DNA of 64,000 bases. It comes from Capsulimonadales bacterium (GTDB lineage: Bacteria > Armatimonadota > Armatimonadia > Armatimonadales > Armatimonadaceae). The DNA lies in assembly GCA_033762295.1 (NCBI GenBank), contig JANRLW010000064.1, forward strand, positions 109,214 to 173,213, read 5' to 3'. Numbering within the stretch: the first letter of the stretch is position 1; every line of letters begins with the position of its first letter. The notes below the pieces were generated by a model that saw only the letters and a program-made list of their open reading frames with translations, did not search any database and was not told where the DNA came from. Both the position numbers and the translations under genes were made by a program. Shown here one piece after another: positions 37,530 to 44,916 of the stretch.

Positions 37530-38705
37530 ATGCTACGTTCCTTTTGGGTTGCCTTGCTCGGCATCGCCCTTCTTTCGTTGCCATCGCCCGTCCGCGCGCA
37601 GGGGAAAAACCCTGTCGAATCGTCAGGACGATATCGTGTCGAACTGCGACTGCCTCCGGCCGGCGTCTATGCCGGAGAGGAGATCGATATCGAATTTCGT
37701 GTGACCGATACCGCAAAAGCCGACCCGGTTCTCGGTGCGCCCGGAGTCATCCGCGCGCGGATCAAAGCGGCGGTGACCATGCCCTCCATGGCCGGGATGC
37801 CGGCGATCGTTCCGAAGATCCATTCCGAAGGGGTGCCCGGTGACTACGGTCTGGTCGCGACCTATCCCCACGGCGGGGAGTACCGGATCGCCCTCAGTAT
37901 CACGCCGCCCGGGTCCGAAAGTCCGTTCACGGTGGCGTTCCTCATTGATGTCGGGGATGCGGACGCGCGGCCGAAAGGGCGACCTGTGAACGCTCCGTAC
38001 CGCCTCGACGTCAGGTCCAAACCCGAAAAGCCGACCGGGCAGCAGCCGGTCGATCTCGCTCTGCGGGTCCTCGAACGCGCCACAGGCAGGCCGGTTACCG
38101 CGTTCGAGATCGTCCATGAGCAGCCGATGCACCTGATCGTGGTTCGTGAAGACCTCGGGGCGTTCTTCCATGAGCACCCGACACGGAACGAGGACGGAAC
38201 GTTCACCCATCGCTTCACCTTCCCGTCCGGCGGGTTGTGGCGGGTGTTCGGGGATGTCGCGCCGGTCGGCGCGGGCAGTCAGGTACTGGCAACGACCATC
38301 AAGGTCAACGGACCGGTGCCGCCCAGAGCGCCGCTGACGACCGTCCGCGGACCGGTCACCGATCGGGAACTGACACTGACCTTTCCGACGGATCGCCTGC
38401 CGGAACGCACGCTGTTTCCCTGGACCTTCGACCTGAAGGACTCGGCCGGGATGCCGATCACCGATCTTCAGCCGTGGCTCGGCGCGCCCGCCCACCTTAT
38501 TCTGATTTCCGGGGATGGCGAAACGTTCGTCCATTCCCACCCGGATGAGTCCGACCCGAAGAACGGAACCAACGGCAAACTGACCTTTCTCGTCCGGTTC
38601 CCCCGATCGGGCATCTTCAAGGGGTGGCTCCAGTGCCAGCGGGCGAACGAGATCCGGACGCTGCCCTTTGTCGTGCGGGTGCAGGGGAAGGCGGCGAGCC
38701 GATGA
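37530..38705 (+). CDS. Periplasmic His/Met-rich heavy-metal-binding protein (YtkA/FixH-like plus two Ig-like domains)
   Basis: Signal peptide; MPSMAGMP; HEQPMHLIVV...FFHEHP; WLGAPAHL...FVHSHP. Confidence 0.75.
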   Translation: MLRSFWVALLGIALLSLPSPVRAQGKNPVESSGRYRVELRLPPAGVYAGEEIDIEFRVTDTAKADPVLGAPGVIRARIKAAVTMPSMAGMPAIVPKIHSEGVPGDYGLVATYPHGGEYRIALSITPPGSESPFTVAFLIDVGDADARPKGRPVNAPYRLDVRSKPEKPTGQQPVDLALRVLERATGRPVTAFEIVHEQPMHLIVVREDLGAFFHEHPTRNEDGTFTHRFTFPSGGLWRVFGDVAPVGAGSQVLATTIKVNGPVPPRAPLTTVRGPVTDRELTLTFPTDRLPERTLFPWTFDLKDSAGMPITDLQPWLGAPAHLILISGDGETFVHSHPDESDPKNGTNGKLTFLVRFPRSGIFKGWLQCQRANEIRTLPFVVRVQGKAASR

Positions 38706-40618
38706 GCGATTTTCGTTGCCGCTACCTGCCGTTCGTCGTGCTTCCGTGGGTGCTTCTGATTGCGCTGCTCGGAGGACCGAGCTCGGCGTCGGCGGCGCAT
38801 CCGCCGAAGAAGGGCGTGAAACGTCCTCCCTCAAAAGCGGCCGCGCAGATCCGCGCGGCCGGACAGCGGATCGACGCGGCGAAAAAGCGATTGCGTGCGG
38901 AGGGGAAGTACGGCTGCTGTCTCAAACCGGCAGCCGGTCGGACGGTCGGGGGCTGTGAGCATTGTCTGAAAACCGCGGGGGAATGCCGCTGTGCCGCGAA
39001 CCTTCGGGCGGGCAAAGGGGTGTGCGGACAGTGCGTCGCCGGGTGGAAAGCCGGACAGGGGGCCATCGCCGGCATCGACCGGGACCGGGTCCGATGGTCG
39101 CCGTCCGAGCCGTCCGAGTCGAAAAACGCGGCGACCGAAGTACCCGAACTGATCGAGGCCCGCGAACTCCTGACCATGGCGAAACGAACGATGGTCGCCG
39201 AGGGACGTTACGTCTGCTGTATCGGGGACGGCGGCTGTGACGAATGCGCCCTGGAGGGGGACTGCCCGTGCGGCATCGAACTCAACGAAGGCGCGGAAGG
39301 GCAGGGGGTCTGCGGTTCCTGCTACGACGGCTGGCATGCCGGTCACGGCAGCTTCGAAGGGGTGGAGATTGCGTCGGTACGACTCAACGTCCAGCCGGGC
39401 CACGGAAGCGGGGACGACCGGGACGTGTTCGGAATGTTCGGTGACTGGCGGATGAACCGCGAGGGGTCGGGAACCGCCTGGCTGCCGGACTCCTCGCCCC
39501 TGTACGCGCAAATGACCCGCTGGGGCGACTTCCGGACCATGCTCCACGGGTACGGCTACGGCGTTTACACCGATCAGAAAGCCCGGGGAAACCGGCGCGG
39601 CGACGATGGGACGTTCGTTGCTTCCCAGATCATGGGAATGGCCTGGCAGCGCAAAGGGAATGCGATCTTTGGTGGGCGGATGATGCTTTCGGCCGATCCG
39701 TGGACGATCGGAGATTCGGGCTATCCTCTCCTCTTTCAGACGGGGGAGACGGCGAACGGCCGGCCACTGGTCGACCGCCAGCATCCGCATGACCTGTTTA
39801 TGGAACTGGCCGCCGCCTATACGCAAAGGCTGACACCGAACGGTGGCGCGTTATCGCTATATCTGGCTCCGGTGGGCGAGCCGGCCATCGGTCCGCCCGC
39901 CTTCGCCCACCGACCGTCCGCGTTCGACAACCCCGAAGCCCCGATTTCGCATCACTGGTTCGACTCCACCCATATTACGTACGGCGTGGCGACGGTCGGA
40001 CTGGCGAATCGCGCCGTCAAACTGGAGGGAAGCCTGTTCACCGGGCGCGAACCGGACGAGAACCGGGAACGGTGGGACCGTTTCCGCTGGGACTCGACGT
40101 CCGTTCGCCTGGCGGCGAACCCGACCCGCGATCTGGCGTTTCAGATCAGCCAGGCGTGGCTCCGACGACCGGAAGCCCTGGAACCGGACACCGATCAGCG
40201 GCGATACACCGCCTCCGTCCTCTACAACCGGCCGCTGGCCGAGGGGCGCGCCAATCTTCAATCCTCCCTGATGTGGGCGCGTAATCGGAAGTATGCGCCG
40301 GACCATGCCCCGGCGAACAGCGATGCGCTTCTGTTCGAGACCGCCTTTCTCGCTCCGGAAGGGACTCTGTTCGGAAGGTGGGAACGAACGGACAAGGACG
40401 AACTCTTTCCGGGAATGGAGGACCACCGCGCTTTCCGGGTCAACAAGTTCACTCTGGGAGGCGTTCATAACCTTGCCGCAACGCGCGGAGCGGAACTGGG
40501 TATCGGAGGCAGCGTGTCCGCTTTCTCGATTCCGGCCGGGTTAAAGCCGGACTACGGTTCCTCACCGCTGACGTTCAACCTTTTCCTGCGGCTCCGGTCG
40601 GCGCGGATGATGCACTGA
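38702..40618 (+). CDS. Outer-membrane beta-barrel-like protein with N-terminal tandem 8-Cys domains
   Basis: Signal peptide; two CC..CxxC..CxC..CxxC repeats; REGSGTAWLP, DRQHPHDLFMEL, HHWFDSTHI; amphipathic strands; ATGA overlap. Confidence 0.75.
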   Translation: MSDFRCRYLPFVVLPWVLLIALLGGPSSASAAHPPKKGVKRPPSKAAAQIRAAGQRIDAAKKRLRAEGKYGCCLKPAAGRTVGGCEHCLKTAGECRCAANLRAGKGVCGQCVAGWKAGQGAIAGIDRDRVRWSPSEPSESKNAATEVPELIEARELLTMAKRTMVAEGRYVCCIGDGGCDECALEGDCPCGIELNEGAEGQGVCGSCYDGWHAGHGSFEGVEIASVRLNVQPGHGSGDDRDVFGMFGDWRMNREGSGTAWLPDSSPLYAQMTRWGDFRTMLHGYGYGVYTDQKARGNRRGDDGTFVASQIMGMAWQRKGNAIFGGRMMLSADPWTIGDSGYPLLFQTGETANGRPLVDRQHPHDLFMELAAAYTQRLTPNGGALSLYLAPVGEPAIGPPAFAHRPSAFDNPEAPISHHWFDSTHITYGVATVGLANRAVKLEGSLFTGREPDENRERWDRFRWDSTSVRLAANPTRDLAFQISQAWLRRPEALEPDTDQRRYTASVLYNRPLAEGRANLQSSLMWARNRKYAPDHAPANSDALLFETAFLAPEGTLFGRWERTDKDELFPGMEDHRAFRVNKFTLGGVHNLAATRGAELGIGGSVSAFSIPAGLKPDYGSSPLTFNLFLRLRSARMMH

Positions 40619-40623
40619 CCCGA

Positions 40624-40655
40624 TCGCCGGGATCGGAAGGCTTCGATCCCGGCGA
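40624..40655. terminator. Hairpin between convergent genes
   Basis: TCGCCGGGATCG / CGATCCCGGCGA 12-bp stem. Confidence 0.6.
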
Positions 40656-40662
40656 CGGTGAT

Positions 40663-41025
40663 CTACGGACGGGCGGGCAGGCCCCAGTTGCTCCGGGCGA
40701 TCTCGTTTTTCGTCATTCCGGTGTTACCCACTTCCGCCGCCTCACGATGCGGGTGGTGTTCGGCGATCCCTGCCGAACGATGAGCATAGCGGATGACACG
40801 TTGGGCGAAATCAAGATCGTCCTCGGTCCAGTTTTCCGACTTTTTGTCCAGCAGTTCGAGCACCCGTTCGGCGTGAAACCGACCCGACGGCGTCTCCTCG
40901 CCATCCTCCAGGCTTGCCATCTCCCGTACCTCCCGGTTCGCCGGGTCGATCCAGGCTCGAATGTTGGCCGGGGTATCGGTCAGGGAACGAAACTCCCGGA
41001 CGGTCTCCTTATCCTTCGTCTCCAT
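40663..41025 (-). CDS. DUF3140-like protein
   Basis: EF.....A.I..W...SG....RVLELL.K....WTEDDL.FA.RVI.Y..R...SNWG pattern; overlaps the DUF2945 gene. Confidence 0.65.
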   Translation of the reverse strand: METKDKETVREFRSLTDTPANIRAWIDPANREVREMASLEDGEETPSGRFHAERVLELLDKKSENWTEDDLDFAQRVIRYAHRSAGIAEHHPHREAAEVGNTGMTKNEIARSNWGLPARP

Positions 41026-41251
41026 CCTCTTCCTCGACTTTCCGAAGTTCCTCCGGACGGTGTGCCGCTTCCGCGCCGGTTTTTTCGGACGTAACGAGAT
41101 ATTCGGGGTTTTCCTCGGAAGCACGGACCTGATGTCGTTTGATTTGGGTGGGTTCGGTCAGCTTTTTCTCCACCTTGCCCCGAACCTCCCCTTGCGAGGA
41201 GTCCCACGCGACCCGATCGCCCTTCTCGAACGTTTTTTCGGACATGGTCAT
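41009..41251 (-). CDS. DUF2945 (Hva1 TUDOR-like) protein
   Basis: FEKGDRVAW....G.V.G.V...ASEENPEYLV.SEKTG..AAHRPEEL. Confidence 0.85.
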   Translation of the reverse strand: MTMSEKTFEKGDRVAWDSSQGEVRGKVEKKLTEPTQIKRHQVRASEENPEYLVTSEKTGAEAAHRPEELRKVEEEDGDEG

Positions 41252-41316
41252 TGTCCCTTTCCGTCCATCGGACGGGGAGGTTCCGGGATGGGTTCCGGGA
41301 GGGATTCCGGGGGGTG

Positions 41317-41892
41317 TCATTCTCGAATGCCGGTATAGGCGAGCGGAACGGCTCGACGGCAAAGCGGGCAATCGGCGGCGGGGAAGAGGGAAAACGGGGG
41401 CGGCATCAAAGAGTGGATCGGTACCCCGGCGATGCGGTCGCCCTGGCGGTTGACCCAGGCCGAAACCCCGAGAAATTCCAGTCCCGTCCCCGGAATGAAA
41501 TCCGCATGGCGACGAACCTCGGTTCCGGAGAAGACCAGGTCCTCCACGAGAATCGCCCGGTGGCCGGAAGCGGGGAGGTGCATTCTATGGAAGGACAACA
41601 TGTCACCCTCGGAGACGGTCAGAGCGATCGGAAGGTCCAGAAAGCGTGCCACTGCCGCCGCGACCACGGCGCCGCACTCGCCCGTGCACACGATCAGGTC
41701 GGCGTCGCGAAACCGGGTACGGATCGCTGCGGCCTGGCGTTCCGCGACCGTATCGAGCACGGCAACGTTTCGGATGATGGCTCCCTTCTCCAGCCAGCCA
41801 TCGCCATGCAGTCCGTTACGGAACGCCGTATGCCCGGCGAACCACCCCGCGTTTTGCCGGAAAAGAGAGGCAAGGTAAAGACTGTTGTCCAT
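41317..41892 (-). CDS. Type I phosphoribosyltransferase, orotate-PRT-like
   Basis: GH..F.NG.H...W.EK; PRPP loop ILVEDLVFSG; C-terminal CPLC. Confidence 0.75.
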   Translation of the reverse strand: MDNSLYLASLFRQNAGWFAGHTAFRNGLHGDGWLEKGAIIRNVAVLDTVAERQAAAIRTRFRDADLIVCTGECGAVVAAAVARFLDLPIALTVSEGDMLSFHRMHLPASGHRAILVEDLVFSGTEVRRHADFIPGTGLEFLGVSAWVNRQGDRIAGVPIHSLMPPPFSLFPAADCPLCRRAVPLAYTGIRE

Positions 41893-41946
41893 AGTCGTTC
41901 GGGATTATACACGGAAATGGGGACAGCCCGGCGGTATATTCGAAAC

Positions 41947-42402
41947 ATGCGCGTCAACCATCTCAATATCGTCGTCTCCGATATGGAGCGCAGCCTGGCG
42001 TTCTATGTCGGTCTGCTCGGAATGCGAATCACGTTCGAAACCGAGTTATCGGGAGAGTGGATCGATACCGTGGTCGGCTTGGCGGGGGTGCGGGCGCGGT
42101 GCGTCTTCGTGCAACCGGAGGGCGGTGGCTGCCGTTTCGAACTGCTGCAATACATCGAACCGAGCGGTGCCGCGATTCCGGAGAACCGTCTGGCCCATAC
42201 CCTGGGACTGCGGCATCTGGCGGTGGAGGTAAATGACCTCGATGCGGACTACGCCCGTCTGACCGCGGCGGGAGTCGAGGCGATCTCCGCCCCCGTCACC
42301 GTTCCGTTTCGTTTGATGGACGGCATTCGGAAGCGGCTTTGCTATCTTCGTGACCCGGACGGCGTCATTGTCGAAATCTGCGAGCATCGTCTGATGCCCT
42401 GA
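41947..42402 (+). CDS. VOC/glyoxalase family protein
   Basis: NHLNIVVSDMERSLAFY, ELLQY, HLAVEV.DLD, YLRDPDGVIVE. Confidence 0.9.
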   Translation: MRVNHLNIVVSDMERSLAFYVGLLGMRITFETELSGEWIDTVVGLAGVRARCVFVQPEGGGCRFELLQYIEPSGAAIPENRLAHTLGLRHLAVEVNDLDADYARLTAAGVEAISAPVTVPFRLMDGIRKRLCYLRDPDGVIVEICEHRLMP

Positions 42403-42486
42403 TCGGCCGGAAACGTCCGGTGGGGAATACCGGAACCCGGTGTCGGTAATACAGTCTTTTTACCGTCGATGTTTATGAGGTAAAAG

Positions 42487-43617
42487 ATGACACTGGCTTT
42501 CGCGCCCGACGCCTCCGCTGCGGCGGTTGAAAATGACGTTGATATTGACGAGGATGAAGTACCGGCAGGAAACGGGCGGCGTTGTGTAACGGTGATCTTC
42601 AACCCGGTTTCCGGTCAGACCGACCCGGACTGGCGTTCGCGTCAGATTTCGGAGGCGCTTGCCCGACACGGCTATACATGCCAGTTCATCGCGACGTCGG
42701 AGGAGCGCGACGCCGGGTTGCTGGCGACGGAAGCGATCCGCGACGGCGTCGACCTGCTTGCCGTCTCCGGCGGCGACGGAACCGTGATGGCCGCCCTGTC
42801 CGCCCTCGTCGGTACGGAGATTCCGATCGCCATCCTCCCGGCAGGAACCGGCAACCTTCTGTCGGTGAATCTCGGGATTCCGATGGGCGTTCCCGAAGCC
42901 GTGGAGGTCGCGCTGTCCGGAAGGCCGTATCGCCTGGACCTGGCGCGGACGCCGGAGGGACGCTTTTTCGCCGTCATGGGTGGGATCGGTCTGGATGGAA
43001 GGATTATTGAGGAGGCGGACCGTTCGGCAAAGAAACGACTGGGCGTTCTGGCCTACTTTCTGGCGGCCTTTCGCAATCTCGCCAACCGGCCCGCCTCGGT
43101 GTTGATCTATCTGGAGGACCGTCCGCCGATCCGGAGACGCGCCAAAAGCGTGCTGATCGGCAACATGGGGAAGATGACGGGCGGCCTGGAGGCGTTGCCC
43201 ACCGCTTCGCCGAATGACGGCCTTCTCGATATCGCGATTCTGAAACCGAACTCATTGGCGCAGTGGCTGCGGCTTTTTTGGTTCGCGCTACGCGGGCGTT
43301 CCCAGGAGGCCCCGGAACTGGAGGTTTACCAGGCTCGCCGTGTCCGTATCCGTGCGGTCTCTCCGCATCCCATCCAGTTTGACGGGGAGCAGGGGGGCTA
43401 TGCCAGCGAACTGGCGGCGGCGGTGGTGCCCCGGGCGGTATCCGTACTGCTTCCGGAGGAGTCACCGGCTGCGCGCGATGCGGTCGGCGCGCCGGCGCAA
43501 ACCGCCCGAAAGGCCGCCGACCGTCGTCTCATGGTCGCCGGAGGCGTTCTTCTTTTCATGGCGGCGGCAGGATGGCTGATTCGCGCTTTCGTCGGTCGTC
43601 AGCGTCCGATTGGATGA
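42487..43617 (+). CDS. Diacylglycerol kinase family lipid kinase (YegS/DgkB-like)
   Basis: IFNPVSG, GGDGT, LPAGTGN, PNDGLLD, QFDGE; C-terminal TM. Confidence 0.9.
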   Translation: MTLAFAPDASAAAVENDVDIDEDEVPAGNGRRCVTVIFNPVSGQTDPDWRSRQISEALARHGYTCQFIATSEERDAGLLATEAIRDGVDLLAVSGGDGTVMAALSALVGTEIPIAILPAGTGNLLSVNLGIPMGVPEAVEVALSGRPYRLDLARTPEGRFFAVMGGIGLDGRIIEEADRSAKKRLGVLAYFLAAFRNLANRPASVLIYLEDRPPIRRRAKSVLIGNMGKMTGGLEALPTASPNDGLLDIAILKPNSLAQWLRLFWFALRGRSQEAPELEVYQARRVRIRAVSPHPIQFDGEQGGYASELAAAVVPRAVSVLLPEESPAARDAVGAPAQTARKAADRRLMVAGGVLLFMAAAGWLIRAFVGRQRPIG

Positions 43618-43706
43618 CTCGGAAAGTAACTCAAGAAATGAACTAAATCTTCCGAAAATGCAGACATAGAGTCGACCTGTCATAGCATCTTTCGGGAGAA
43701 TCCGCA

Positions 43707-44909
43707 GTGCTTGAATTTCGTTCCGCCAACACGCGGGCGGTCAATCCTCACCGCGCGGTGATGGAAGCGTTCGATCTGGCGTACGGTGATACGTCCCCGG
43801 ATTGCGATCTGGTGCTGATGAATTCGGCCATGGGACACGACCTGACCGTCCTATCGGAGAACGTTCGCTCCCAGTGCCCGAACGCCCGGGTGCTGGTCGC
43901 CTCCTGTGCCGGAGTCGTCGGGCGCGACGGTCCCGGCGAGTCACTCCACGATATCGCGGCACTGTATCTGCGCGGGGACGGTTTTTCGGTCGCGCATATC
44001 GACGGTCTTTTCGGGTCCACCTCCTTTGAAAAAGGCGTCGAGCTGGCAACCGGACTTCTGAACGCGCCGTATCCGGTGCGAATGGTTTACCTCCTGGCGT
44101 CGGGTATCGATATCGCCAACGATCGGTTGATTGCCGGCATCGAGTCGGTCCTCGGCCCGGACGTCGTTCTGTTCGGCGCAACCTCTTCCGACCAGATGCA
44201 GGGAATCGCGACCTTCCAGTGTGTTGACGGCGTACGGTACCGGCATGGCGCGTTCGCCGTCGGGATCTGGGACCCTACCCTGACCGTCGATACGCAGGCG
44301 TCTCACGGGTTTGTCGCGGTCGGCGAACCCTTCGTCGTGACGAAGGCGGCAGGAAACCGCATTTTTGAACTGGATGGCAAGCCGGCATGGCCGACCTATA
44401 CGGAACGGTTGGGACTTTCGGCAACGGCGACTACCGGCGATACGATTCCCATCGGCGCGCTCGCCGAGCTTCTCCCCGGTAATCTCGCGGCGGAGTATGG
44501 CAATCCCCATATTTTGCGGGTTGTTACTCATTTTACCGAGGAGGGAGCCCTGGTCTATGCCACCGAATGCGAAAACGGTACTCAACTCTGGCTGACGGTT
44601 CGTGATGAGGATCGGATCTTTTGCGACATGGACCGGATGCTGGGTGCGATGACCGCGCGCTCACCCGGTGCGCCACCGGTCGTCGTTTTTCAGGCGGACT
44701 GCCTCGCTCGCGGACGTCGGCTTTTGAACCGCGTTATGAAGGAGGAACTCGTCCGCCAAATCCAGCAGCCGTTCGAGAGTTCCGGGGACGTTCCGCCGTG
44801 GTTTGGTATGTACGGGTTCGGCGAGTACGCCCGCCTGGGCGGACGAAACGCCTACCATAACTACACGACGGCGCTCGCCGCACTCTACCGTTCCGATCAG
44901 GAGTCATGA
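43707..44909 (+). CDS. FIST signal-transduction protein (NosP-like)
   Basis: LFGATSSD, SHGF..VG....VTKA.GNRI.ELDG.PA, DCLARG, GMYGFGE...HNYT. Confidence 0.88.
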   Translation: MLEFRSANTRAVNPHRAVMEAFDLAYGDTSPDCDLVLMNSAMGHDLTVLSENVRSQCPNARVLVASCAGVVGRDGPGESLHDIAALYLRGDGFSVAHIDGLFGSTSFEKGVELATGLLNAPYPVRMVYLLASGIDIANDRLIAGIESVLGPDVVLFGATSSDQMQGIATFQCVDGVRYRHGAFAVGIWDPTLTVDTQASHGFVAVGEPFVVTKAAGNRIFELDGKPAWPTYTERLGLSATATTGDTIPIGALAELLPGNLAAEYGNPHILRVVTHFTEEGALVYATECENGTQLWLTVRDEDRIFCDMDRMLGAMTARSPGAPPVVVFQADCLARGRRLLNRVMKEELVRQIQQPFESSGDVPPWFGMYGFGEYARLGGRNAYHNYTTALAALYRSDQES

Positions 44910-44916
44910 CCCAGAG

